Positions 17,069 to 26,426 of a stretch of 64,000 nucleotides of DNA are shown one piece after another (position 1 is the stretch's first letter; every line of letters begins with the position of its first letter). The translations under genes and the position numbers were made by a program. The stretch is from an uncultured Acidobacteriaceae bacterium. GTDB lineage: Bacteria; Acidobacteriota; Terriglobia; Terriglobales; Acidobacteriaceae. The notes under the pieces were generated by a model that was not told the origin of the DNA, made no database searches, and saw only the letters and a program-made list of their open reading frames with translations. The DNA is taken from the NCBI GenBank assembly GCA_963724375.1, contig CAVRUM010000001.1, positions 1,251 through 65,250 of the forward strand, given 5' to 3'.

Positions 17069-18061
17069 ATGATCCGCTACGGCATTCTCGGATTCGGACA
17101 CCACGCCGCCAAGCGCCTGGTAAAGGGCTTTCGCGAGTCCAAGGACTCACAGCTCGCCGGACTGTGGAGGCGCGACGCCGCGAAGGCCATCGACAACGCC
17201 CGCGAACACTCAATTCCCCATATCTTCGAGACGCCTGAAGACCTCTGTGCCTCGCCCGAACTCGATGCCGTGTTCGTGGTATCCCCGGATGCCCTGCACC
17301 TGACCCATGTGAAGCTCGCCGCGAAGCACGGGAAGGCAGTGCTGTGCGAAAAGCCGCTGGGGATGAATGCCGGAGAGGTGGAGGAGATGATCGCCGCCGC
17401 CGACAGCGCCGGAGTGCGGTTCGGTGTCGCGCAGAATATGCGCTACAACCGCAGCATTGAGCTGATCCGCAAGTGGATCGCGGAGGGCCGGATCGGCAAG
17501 CCAGTGCTGGCGCACGCGCAATTCTCCTACTCAGCAGCCGGCAGCCCTCGCACCTGGATCTACGACCCCACGCTCGCCCGTGGAGGACCGATCGGTGATG
17601 TTGGCATTCACTGCATCGACGGCCTTCGCTATGTCCTCGGAACCAGTGTGACGGCCGTCAACACGATCGCTCACAGCGATGCGGCGTCGGGCGAGGTGGA
17701 ATCGCATGCGGTGATTGGCCTCGATCTGGCTTCCGGGGCCATGGCGACCGTGACCACGACGACGCGCGCGGAATACCGGACAGTGCTGGAAGTGACGGGA
17801 GAGACCGGCGTGATCCTATGCGAAAACGGCCTGACGGTGGATTTTCCCGTCGATGTGGTCCTGCGGCGCGGAGCGAAGATTATTGCGAGCGAAACGGTCT
17901 CGAACGGAGACGCCTACAGCCTGATGCTGGACGGCTTTTCGGCGTGGGTGGAAGGGCGAGGCAGCTATCTGGCTCCAGCGAGCGATGCTCTGCACAATCA
18001 GCTCGTTCTGGACGCGGCGTACCTGAGTTGGCAGGATGGGACGCGGCAGGTAATCCCTTAG
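17069..18061 (+). CDS. Gfo/Idh/MocA family oxidoreductase
   Basis: Rossmann N-terminus MIRYGILGFGHHAAKRL and the EKP motif in AVLCEKPLGMN. Confidence 0.85.
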   Translation: MIRYGILGFGHHAAKRLVKGFRESKDSQLAGLWRRDAAKAIDNAREHSIPHIFETPEDLCASPELDAVFVVSPDALHLTHVKLAAKHGKAVLCEKPLGMNAGEVEEMIAAADSAGVRFGVAQNMRYNRSIELIRKWIAEGRIGKPVLAHAQFSYSAAGSPRTWIYDPTLARGGPIGDVGIHCIDGLRYVLGTSVTAVNTIAHSDAASGEVESHAVIGLDLASGAMATVTTTTRAEYRTVLEVTGETGVILCENGLTVDFPVDVVLRRGAKIIASETVSNGDAYSLMLDGFSAWVEGRGSYLAPASDALHNQLVLDAAYLSWQDGTRQVIP

Positions 18062-18138
18062 CGCGGCAGCGCGAAATCCAAACCTTGGCCGCGCAGAGTG
18101 AAGGCGCATCCAATTTAACCGAACCACGATATACTTAA

Positions 18139-18777
18139 TTGCTGCGTGGCAGCTCCACGACTACCCGGAGGAAATACCCCATCGATAAGCGTTCAGCAAA
18201 GCAATTCATTCGCATCAATGAGCGAATCCGCGCCCGCGAAGTACGCGTCATTGACGACACCGGCCAGCAACTCGGCATTCTTCCTCCCTTTGAAGCTCTG
18301 AAAATTGCCCGCGAACGCGGCCTAGACCTGGTGGAAGTGTCGCCCAATGCCGTTCCTCCCGTCTGCCGTATTCAGGACTACGGCAAATTCCTCTACGAAA
18401 AAGACAAGAGCGAGCGCGCCGCCCGTAAGAAACAGAAGGTCATCACGATCAAGGAAGTCAAGTTCTCGGTCACTGTCGACGAGCATGACTACCACACGAA
18501 GAAGAACCAGGCCGTCCGCTTCCTGAACGAGGGCGACAAGGTGAAGGCTTCGCTGCGCTTCAAGGGACGACAGATGGCCCACCGCGAACTTGGCTACGCG
18601 ATCATCAACCGCCTCATCCAGGACATCGGGGATGCCGGGTCGGTTGAGTTTATGCCGCGGATGGAGGGCACTACTCTGCACGCCATTCTCGCGCCCGGGA
18701 AAAAAGAGCAGAAGAAGCCTGCCGCGCCTCCGAAAGAGACGGCCCCGGAGCCTGCAGCGCACAGTGCCCAATCCTGA
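18139..18777 (+). CDS. infC: Translation initiation factor IF-3
   Basis: IRINERIRAREVRVIDDTGQQLGI, PPVCRIQDYGKFLYEK and LRFKGRQMAHRELG match IF-3. The ORF-track start is TTG 18139. An in-frame ATC at 18181 lies 9 nt after GGAGG (18167-18171) and fits the usual N-terminal length better. Confidence 0.9.
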   Translation: MLRGSSTTTRRKYPIDKRSAKQFIRINERIRAREVRVIDDTGQQLGILPPFEALKIARERGLDLVEVSPNAVPPVCRIQDYGKFLYEKDKSERAARKKQKVITIKEVKFSVTVDEHDYHTKKNQAVRFLNEGDKVKASLRFKGRQMAHRELGYAIINRLIQDIGDAGSVEFMPRMEGTTLHAILAPGKKEQKKPAAPPKETAPEPAAHSAQS

Positions 18778-18855
18778 CGGTGCATCTTCTCATTTCCCCA
18801 TTACAATTGACGGGTCTGCGCCAGTTCCTGCCGGAAAGATGAAAGGCAAGAGGTT

Positions 18856-20994
18856 TTGTCTCGGACTACTGCGGCGGAAGTCGCTCCTGAACTGAACGAA
18901 CGGGCCCTGCGCGTTCTCGTCGAGGCATCGGCGGCACTGGTTGCTGCCTCAGACGTCAACACGCTGCTGAACCCCGTACTGGAGTCGGCGAAAGCGCTGA
19001 TCGGCGCAGACGCGTGCGGCGTGTGGCGTAGCTTCGACGGAGGCTACCACTGGCGGATGCTGACCTGCGCCGGCCTTACGCAGTGCGAAGGCCAGGAGCT
19101 GAATGTTCCGGAGCCAGCCCTAATACCTGATGTTTCGGCCATTGAAGATGTTCTCGCGGAGGCGGTCCTCGTCTCGAGAAACGAGTGGTACAAGTCGGAG
19201 GGCATCCGGAGCCTTCTGTGCATCGCGCTGCGAACCCAGGACTCTCTCGCCGCGACGGTGTCGTTCTACTATCGCGAGCCGCATGTATTCACCGAAAGCG
19301 AAATTCAATACGCCCGGGTGCTTGCGAATCTCAGCGCCTCGACCCTTTACATGAACGAGCTGAAGGAGTCGCAGCAGAGAGAACGCACCCGCCTGAAATT
19401 TCTCGCCGAATCGAGCGCGATACTTTCCTCGTCGCTGGACTACGAGAAGACTCTCAATACGATCGTCCGCCTCGCAGTGCCCTATCTCGCCGACTGGTGC
19501 TCGGTGAGCATGTATGAGGACGGCGAATTAACTGCGATAGCCGTTGCGCACGTAGATCCGGAGAAAGAGTACATGCTGAGCCAGGCAACTCCGGAGCAAT
19601 ACAATGAGCGCCTCTACGATTCTGGCGGAACCGGCTCCGTACTGTTTAGCGGGAAGTCGTTGCTCCACGAATCTATTTCCGACGAAGCGCTGGCCGGCGC
19701 CGCCAAAAGTGAACAGCACCTCAACTGGATACGGAGCCTCGGCCTGGTCTCCGCGATGGTTGTCCCGCTGAAGAGCCGGGACGGCGTGATGGGCGCGATG
19801 CGCTTCATCAGCGATGTGAGCAAGCGGCGATTCAGCGAAGACGATCTTCACCTGGCCGAAGACCTGGCTGCGAGAGCGTCGACTGCGATTGAAAACGCCC
19901 GGCTGTTCCGGGAACTTGGACTCAGCGAATCGCGTTACCGCTCACTCATCGAAGCGTCGTCTTCGTTGGCCTGGTCCTCCGACCCGACGGGCAAGTTCGT
20001 TGAACCTCAGCCCGCGTGGTCGGCTTACACGGGCCAGACGTGGGAGGAGCTGCGCGACTACGGCTGGGCCCAGGCGTTGCATCCCGAAGATCGCGAGCGG
20101 GTGGTGGGGGAGATTCTCGCCGGCGCCGGAGACATAGCGCCTCACACGTTTCGCGGCCGGATGTGGCGTGCCGCTACAAAGTCCTACCGCGACTGCGTGG
20201 TGCGGGCCGTCCCTATGAAAAACGCGGCTGGCGAAGTCGAAGAATGGGTGGGCGTGATCGTGGATATCCACGACCAGATACTGGCGGAAGAAAAGCTGCG
20301 GCGCACGGAGCAACTCGCGACGGCAGGGCGGCTTGCGGCAACGGTCGCCCATGAGATTAATAATCCGCTGGAATCGGTGACCAACCTCGTGTACCTCGCC
20401 CAGCAGTCGCACGCACTGGAGCCGACGACGCGAGGCTATCTGGATACGGCGACCGCGGAGCTGAAGCGGGTGGCGCAGATCGTGCGCCAGACGCTGGGCT
20501 TCTATCGCGAAAGCAGCGCGCCGAAGGACACGGACGTTGGAGAAATTGCCGCGGAGGTGCTCAGCCTGTACCGGCGTAATTTCATGGCCAAAGAGATCCG
20601 CGTGTCCTCAGAAATCGAGCCTCGCTGCATTGCCTGCGTGGTCTCCGGAGAGATCCGCCAAGTGATCGCGAATCTCATCACGAATGCCGTCGATGCCAGT
20701 ACCCCGCGCAGCGAAATCCGGGTGCTGGTGAAGAAAGACGAAGGCACCATTTCGATCCGCGTTTCGGACCACGGCACCGGCATCACGGAGGAGAATCTTC
20801 CACACCTCTTCGAGCCGTTTTTCACCACCAAGAAAGATGTCGGCACGGGGCTGGGGTTATGGGTCAGCCGCGGATTGATCGAGAAGCACCACGGCACGCT
20901 GACGCTCGAAACAAGCACCGGCGAGAGGGATCACGGGACGACGTTCACAGTAACGATACCGGCTGTTTCGGCCCCCGGCGAATGTTCAGAGTAG
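18856..20994 (+). CDS. Sensor histidine kinase (GAF-GAF-PAS-HisKA-HATPase), no adjacent response regulator
   Basis: H-box ATVAHEINNPLESV. ATPase motifs NLITNAVDA, DHGTGITEENLPHLFEPFFTTK and GTGLGLWVSRGLIEKHHG. The start (TTG 18856) is uncertain. Confidence 0.85.
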   Translation: MSRTTAAEVAPELNERALRVLVEASAALVAASDVNTLLNPVLESAKALIGADACGVWRSFDGGYHWRMLTCAGLTQCEGQELNVPEPALIPDVSAIEDVLAEAVLVSRNEWYKSEGIRSLLCIALRTQDSLAATVSFYYREPHVFTESEIQYARVLANLSASTLYMNELKESQQRERTRLKFLAESSAILSSSLDYEKTLNTIVRLAVPYLADWCSVSMYEDGELTAIAVAHVDPEKEYMLSQATPEQYNERLYDSGGTGSVLFSGKSLLHESISDEALAGAAKSEQHLNWIRSLGLVSAMVVPLKSRDGVMGAMRFISDVSKRRFSEDDLHLAEDLAARASTAIENARLFRELGLSESRYRSLIEASSSLAWSSDPTGKFVEPQPAWSAYTGQTWEELRDYGWAQALHPEDRERVVGEILAGAGDIAPHTFRGRMWRAATKSYRDCVVRAVPMKNAAGEVEEWVGVIVDIHDQILAEEKLRRTEQLATAGRLAATVAHEINNPLESVTNLVYLAQQSHALEPTTRGYLDTATAELKRVAQIVRQTLGFYRESSAPKDTDVGEIAAEVLSLYRRNFMAKEIRVSSEIEPRCIACVVSGEIRQVIANLITNAVDASTPRSEIRVLVKKDEGTISIRVSDHGTGITEENLPHLFEPFFTTKKDVGTGLGLWVSRGLIEKHHGTLTLETSTGERDHGTTFTVTIPAVSAPGECSE

Positions 20995-21017
20995 CCCGGC
21001 AGGCTATTCATTGACTC

Positions 21018-23087
21018 TCACTTCCCGGCCATAGCCCGCCACTTTTCGGCCAACTGTTGGTCGGACAGAGCCTTCACGTAGACACCGCCAACAACGCTGC
21101 GCGCCTGGAACCCGATCTGTTTGCCGGTCTTCGTGTCGTACCAGTCGGTGAGAGGCACACGCGTGGGAGTCTCGTTCACCCACTTCACGATGGGATCGAG
21201 GAAAGCGGTGAAATCCGCAGGCTTGTCGGTCATAGTTGCGGTCCAAAGCTCCCAGTCAAGCTTGGTGTAGTCGGCGCGGTTGTCCAAGGGCAATCCGTAG
21301 AGGTTGAGGTGGCGCAGGTAAAAGGCGATCTCAGTCTGCCTTACTGACGGCGAAAAAAGATTGAGATCGAGCAGCTGGTCCCAGACGAGGTTGTATTTCT
21401 GGCTCCAGGTGCCGGGGCGGTCGAAAGCCAGCTTGTAGTGGTCGCCGTCGCGCGCCATGGTCTGCCACTGCGCGGCCATCTGTTTCGCCGCCCCGGTGTA
21501 GTCATCAGCAACCGCATTCTCGCCGAGCCCACGCGCCATCTCGGCGTAAGCGCCGAGTCCTTCGATGGCCTTGATGGAGAGATTCGCGTTGTGGGCAAGG
21601 TGCCCGGCGAAGTCGTCGGTACAGAGCTGGTTTTCAGGATCGAGGCCCTTCTCGCGGACATATTTTGCCCACTTGGTGAACTGCGGCCAGAACTCTTTCG
21701 CCACGTGCCAGTCGCCCTGCGCACGACCCAGCGCCGCGCCCAGGATCAGCAGGTTGCCACTCTCCTCGACCGGCATCTGGTTCTCCTCGGTCCGCTCGCC
21801 CCCGCCGTATTCCTGCCCATTTGCGAGCGGATACCGGCCGAGATCGTGCGGCGCAAAGGGAAATTTCCAGCGCGGCAGCGCAGCGTATTCGAGCACCGGA
21901 CGCACCTGAGCTTCCAAGAGCGCCGGGTTGAAGAAGAGAAAGAACGGGGCCGAAGGATAGAGCACATCCACGGTTGCGATATCGCCGTTGGAGAAGTTCT
22001 CCTTCGCGAAGAGCATCGGCCTGCCTTCGAGGTCGGCGACGAGGCCATGCGCGGCGAGGGTCTGGCGATAGGCGAGGAGCGCGAGCTGACGGTAGCCAGA
22101 GCCGCCTGCGCGCTCGAGGTCCGCACCGAGCTCTTCGTCGTACTTGTGGCCACGCTCCTCGAGGCCCGCGTATTGCTGATCTGCGTCTGAGAGCATCTGC
22201 TGGATGGTCTCTCCGTTGCGCTGCCAGTAAGGGCGTAGTTTCCGTTGCAGATACTCGATGGCGTATTCCTCGGTATAGGCGAGGAGGACATGGCGGCTTA
22301 CGCCTGCTCCGGGCGAAGCCTCAACCGGGAGCATCACGGCAAGATGCGCAGCGTGATCGCGCGGCGTCTGCGGCATATCCATATCGTCGGAGGAGGGGAG
22401 AGCGCCGTTCTTCAGAAATTCAGAGATCGCGTTTGCCGATGCGACAACGGTGGCCGGCTCCCCCGCAGGCACACCCAAGTGGAAATAGCCCCAGTCGATA
22501 CGGAGGTTGTCGCCCGAGCGGTTGAGCACCTGCTGATCACGCGAGCCGATGTTGAGCAGGGTGAGGCCGCCGTCCTGCGAGCATCCCCAGGTGACGGCCT
22601 GGTTGTCGGTATCGACAGCGATGCGGCCGTCTACATCGAGTAAGAGATCGACTTTATGACTGCGACCGTCGGTGGTCTCGACTCTCCATGTGAGATAGGT
22701 GACGGGGCGCGAGAGCAGATCGAGGTCCTGGGGAAAGGCGGGCGTGAAGAACTCGACACCAAGGCGGATCCCGCCAGCTTCAAAGATGTAGGTGGTGCGG
22801 GTGGCCTCCACGTCGAGAGAGTCTTGCTTCATCGCCGGGACAGTTCGCGGATATGCACCCATATAACGGTAGGCGACGCCATCGATTCGCGCGAGGCCGG
22901 TGAGGGGCTGCTCGGCGCCCGTCCAGTGTCGCGTGGGATCGTCGGTAAGATGGTCCGCCATCGACCAGACGCTGAAATAAGGATTGTGCGCGATGAGAGG
23001 AAGGGCGGGAGGGCGGACCTGCTGGGCGCAGAGAGGAATGGTTCCGAGCGCGAGAAGTAGTCCCAGAGCGGTTGCAATCGGTTTCAA
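21018..23087 (-). CDS. Glutaminase-A-like protein (DUF4964/DUF5127/DUF4965/DUF1793 architecture), probable secreted glycoside hydrolase
   Basis: Signal peptide MKPIATALGLLLALGTIPLCAQ. N-terminal PLIAHNPYFSVWSMADHLTDDPTRHWTG...LTGLARIDGVAYRYMG and C-terminal WSQKYNLVWDQLL, DWYDTKTGKQIGFQARSVVGG are patterns I associate with this family. Confidence 0.7.
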   Translation of the reverse strand: MKPIATALGLLLALGTIPLCAQQVRPPALPLIAHNPYFSVWSMADHLTDDPTRHWTGAEQPLTGLARIDGVAYRYMGAYPRTVPAMKQDSLDVEATRTTYIFEAGGIRLGVEFFTPAFPQDLDLLSRPVTYLTWRVETTDGRSHKVDLLLDVDGRIAVDTDNQAVTWGCSQDGGLTLLNIGSRDQQVLNRSGDNLRIDWGYFHLGVPAGEPATVVASANAISEFLKNGALPSSDDMDMPQTPRDHAAHLAVMLPVEASPGAGVSRHVLLAYTEEYAIEYLQRKLRPYWQRNGETIQQMLSDADQQYAGLEERGHKYDEELGADLERAGGSGYRQLALLAYRQTLAAHGLVADLEGRPMLFAKENFSNGDIATVDVLYPSAPFFLFFNPALLEAQVRPVLEYAALPRWKFPFAPHDLGRYPLANGQEYGGGERTEENQMPVEESGNLLILGAALGRAQGDWHVAKEFWPQFTKWAKYVREKGLDPENQLCTDDFAGHLAHNANLSIKAIEGLGAYAEMARGLGENAVADDYTGAAKQMAAQWQTMARDGDHYKLAFDRPGTWSQKYNLVWDQLLDLNLFSPSVRQTEIAFYLRHLNLYGLPLDNRADYTKLDWELWTATMTDKPADFTAFLDPIVKWVNETPTRVPLTDWYDTKTGKQIGFQARSVVGGVYVKALSDQQLAEKWRAMAGK

Positions 23088-23169
23088 GTGTCCTCACAGA
23101 ACTCGACGGATCGATTTGTAACAGAAGAGACGCGGCTATTCACTGGTTCGATCCAACCATGCGGATCGC

Positions 23170-23619
23170 CTAGCTGGTGTGGTCGAGAATGATTTGCCAG
23201 CCGCCGGTTTCGCGCTCGAAGACGAGCGAAAAGAGGCCGCTGGCGTCGCCCCCGCCCTCGGCGGTTCTGGTGAGGTGGTACCGGCCGGTCACGACGGCGT
23301 GGTCCGGGCCAAGCATGCGGACGTTGAGGTCGGAAAACTCGAGGGTTCCCATCGCGGCAGGCGAGGCGTAGGCCTTCTTATAGCGGTCGAGGATGGGCTG
23401 GAAACCCTGGCTGATGGACTTGCCGATGAAGGTGGTCTCCGGCGAATCCTTGTAGCCGCGCATGAAGGCATCGATGTCGCCCCGATTCCATGCCGCCTGC
23501 TGATCAAGGAGGACCTGCTTGATCGCCGCCGAGTCTTTGGTCTGAACGGGCGGGGTCTGCGCGGGCAGCCGCACGGCCAGAAAAAGAAGTGCGCAGGCAA
23601 TCCATAGACTGAATCTCAT
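23170..23619 (-). CDS. SnoaL-like / DUF4440 (NTF2-fold) secreted protein
   Basis: ATG 23619 gives the signal peptide MRFSLWIACALLFLAVRLPAQ. IKQVLLDQQAAWNRGDIDAFMRGY is typical of NTF2-like DUF4440 proteins. Confidence 0.6.
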   Translation of the reverse strand: MRFSLWIACALLFLAVRLPAQTPPVQTKDSAAIKQVLLDQQAAWNRGDIDAFMRGYKDSPETTFIGKSISQGFQPILDRYKKAYASPAAMGTLEFSDLNVRMLGPDHAVVTGRYHLTRTAEGGGDASGLFSLVFERETGGWQIILDHTS

Positions 23620-23721
23620 AGGTCGCTTCTCCGGGTTGGGCTCCGGCACGAAGTATTTCACACGGAACGGCCCCGGCCTTACCTGCTTTCGTTGCGTGCG
23701 GCCCGGCCATACAATCAGGAC

Positions 23722-25884
23722 ATGGCCACACGCACGGTTCATACCGTCTGCTCGCACGATTGTCCGGACTCCTGCGGGGTCCTAGTGACGATTAACGAAG
23801 CGGGACGGGCAACGCGCGTTCAGGGGGACCCGAAGCATCCGGTGACGCGCGGCTTTCTGTGCGGCAAGGTCGCGAAATATCTGGACCGGGTGTATTCGCC
23901 GGACCGGCTGCTCTATCCGATGCGACGCCGGGCTGGGATCGCTAAAGGCCCTTTGGCGCAGGGACGCGAGCATGAGGCCTTCGAGCGCATAGGCTGGGAC
24001 GAAGCGCTCGACACGATCGCGGCGCGGCTGCAACAGGTTAGCGATGCGTACGGGCCGGAGTCGATCCTGCCATATTCCTACGCGGGGACGATTGGAGTTC
24101 TGGGATACGGCTCGATGGATCGCCGCTTTTTTCATCGGCTCGGAGCGTCGCGGCTTAACCGGACGATATGTTCAAAGGCCGGTGGCGACGCACTGCTCTA
24201 CGTGTACGGGCAGAAGCTGGGCACGGACACCGAGGATTTCCGGCACGCGCGACTGATCCTCGCGTGGGGCGCCAACGTTCACGGCAACAATATTCATCTG
24301 TGGCCGATCATCGAGGAAGCGCGGCGGAATGGAGCGAGGCTCGTGGTCATCGATCCGTATTCGACGCGGACGGCGCGGCTGGCCGACTGGCATATCGCAA
24401 TCAATCCCGGGACCGACGTTGCGTTGGCACTGGGCATGATGCATGTGATCATCCGCGATTCGCTTTATGACCACAATTACGTCGCGCGATATACGCACGG
24501 ATTTGACCAGCTTAAGGAACGCGCGGCCGAATACACACCGGAGCGGGTAGCCGCATGGGCGGGAAACACGGCGGCCGAGATCGAGCAACTGGCGCGCGAA
24601 TACGCGACCACAACGCCTGCGGCGATCCGGATGAATTACGGCATTCAGCGCTCTGAGAACGGCGGCGCAGCGGCGCGCACCGTGGCCATGCTGCCGGCAC
24701 TGACCGGGGCGTGGAAACATCGCGGCGGCGGGCTGCAGCTTACTACCAGCGGCGCTTTCCCGTGGGATGGGAATGCGCTGGAGCGTCCTGACCTGATGCT
24801 CGCGAGCCCGCTCAAGCGGGAGGCGCGGATCGTAAACATGGTGCAACTCGGGGATGCTCTCACGGAGCTTGACAATCCGCGGGTGCACGCCCTGTTTGTC
24901 TATAACTCGAATCCTGCGTCTGTCGCTCCAGACCAGGCGCAGGTGCTTCGTGGGATGGCGCGGGCGAACCTGTTTACCGTGGTGCATGAACAGTTCTTTA
25001 CGGATACGGCCGATTACGCCGATGTTCTGCTGCCTGCGACTACATTCCTCGAACATAAAGACGTTCAGGGAGCGTACGGGCACTATTACGTCCAACTCTC
25101 CGAGCAGGCGATCGAGCCACTCGGCGAAGCACGATCGAACGTGCAGGTCTTCTCCGAACTGGGGCAGCGGATGGGCTTCACGGAGGACTGCTTCCGCGAT
25201 ACGACCGAGGATTTGATCGCGCAGGCGCTGCGCTCAAGAGGCAGTCAGCCCGCCTTGCTTGAGGGAATCAACGAGAAGACGCTGGCCGAGGCTGGAGGGC
25301 ACATACGCCTCCAGTTTGAAGAGGAGAGGCGAGGCGAGAACTTTCTTCCCTTCTCGAGCGGCCGGTTCGCTACACCGAGCGGGAAGGTGGAGTTCTATTC
25401 CGAGACACTTGCCGCCCAAGGGCTCGACCCACTGCCAGGCTTCGTTCCTCCGACGGAGTCTCGCTACTCAAAGGAAAGCAGCGCAGAACTCTATCCGCTG
25501 GAGTTTCTGCCCCGGAAGGCAGACAACTACATGAACACGACGTTTGCGAATCTGCCTGTTCACCAGAAGATGGAGAACGGCCATCATGCCACTCTGGAGA
25601 TGCACGCCGACGATGCCGAGCCTCGCGGGATCGCCGATGGCGATCTCGTCGACGTATTCAACGGGCGGGGCCGGCTCCGGTTGAGGGCGAAGGTAACCGG
25701 CAACGGGCACGCGAGTGTTCCGGCGGGTGTGGTGGCTTCGCGCCTCACCTGGAACAAGCTCTCGCCCGGCGGCAACAATGTAAATCTGCTGACTTCTCAG
25801 CGCCTCACGGATATAGGAGGAGGAGCCACCTTTTATTCGACTCTGGTCGAGGTACGCAAGGCCGCTCCCCAGGAGATCGCCTGA
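23722..25884 (+). CDS. Molybdopterin-dependent oxidoreductase (MopB superfamily, bis-MGD type)
   Basis: N-terminal Fe-S Cys cluster HTVCSHDCPDSCGVLV...GFLCGK. Large MopB core. C-terminal beta-barrel domain (HADDAEPRGIADGDLVDVFNGRGRLRLRAKV). Substrate unknown. Confidence 0.8.
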   Translation: MATRTVHTVCSHDCPDSCGVLVTINEAGRATRVQGDPKHPVTRGFLCGKVAKYLDRVYSPDRLLYPMRRRAGIAKGPLAQGREHEAFERIGWDEALDTIAARLQQVSDAYGPESILPYSYAGTIGVLGYGSMDRRFFHRLGASRLNRTICSKAGGDALLYVYGQKLGTDTEDFRHARLILAWGANVHGNNIHLWPIIEEARRNGARLVVIDPYSTRTARLADWHIAINPGTDVALALGMMHVIIRDSLYDHNYVARYTHGFDQLKERAAEYTPERVAAWAGNTAAEIEQLAREYATTTPAAIRMNYGIQRSENGGAAARTVAMLPALTGAWKHRGGGLQLTTSGAFPWDGNALERPDLMLASPLKREARIVNMVQLGDALTELDNPRVHALFVYNSNPASVAPDQAQVLRGMARANLFTVVHEQFFTDTADYADVLLPATTFLEHKDVQGAYGHYYVQLSEQAIEPLGEARSNVQVFSELGQRMGFTEDCFRDTTEDLIAQALRSRGSQPALLEGINEKTLAEAGGHIRLQFEEERRGENFLPFSSGRFATPSGKVEFYSETLAAQGLDPLPGFVPPTESRYSKESSAELYPLEFLPRKADNYMNTTFANLPVHQKMENGHHATLEMHADDAEPRGIADGDLVDVFNGRGRLRLRAKVTGNGHASVPAGVVASRLTWNKLSPGGNNVNLLTSQRLTDIGGGATFYSTLVEVRKAAPQEIA

Positions 25885-26060
25885 TCCGTCTACTTAGAAT
25901 GCTGGCCGCTGCCGGACACCATTCGCAGTGAAAGCCGGCTGCACCGTCCGTTAGACTAAGAACAATTCGCGACCAGTCGCGGTCAGCTGCTTCCAGCCCA
26001 CCGCATTCTCAGCTCAGGTCTGGTGTTGTTGGCAGCACCAGCCGATTTCGGGTTTCTGAT

Positions 26061-26243
26061 ATGCCGTTTCCGGCGAGCTTTCAATGTGCAGGGTGTGGAG
26101 AGTGGAATGAAACTGTGGTCGATGAATCGGGCGGCGCGCGACAATCCTATGTGGAAGACTGCCAGGTGTGCTGCAAGCCCAACGTTCTCGATATACGTTG
26201 GGACGGCGAGGGGTATTTTATCTGCGCTGAGCTCGAAAGCTGA
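26061..26243 (+). CDS. CPXCG-motif cysteine-rich small protein (zinc ribbon-like)
   Basis: 60 aa. FQCAGCGEWNETVVDESGG...YVEDCQVCCKPN is the typical spacing of the CPXCG family. Confidence 0.6.
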   Translation: MPFPASFQCAGCGEWNETVVDESGGARQSYVEDCQVCCKPNVLDIRWDGEGYFICAELES

Positions 26244-26426
26244 AGTCGGCACGGCGCGGCGCGTTCATTTCTGATGCAGCGGCGGCAAGCAGAGTTTTGG
26301 TCTGTGGCTTCGCTCCCATATAATCGCATTTTGCTTCAGATTGGCCTGATTTTCCGCAGTGAGGGTGTTCATATCTTTCCCGTCGAACGTGGGGGCGCAA
26401 GCTCCCGTATCCAACTGAGCCAGAAC

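Noticed and set aside
23145-23154. GGTTCGATCC, a T-loop-like motif suggesting a tRNA.
   Set aside because: The flanking bases do not form a T-stem (ACTGG versus CAACC), and no acceptor, D or anticodon arms can be drawn in the surrounding 80 nt.
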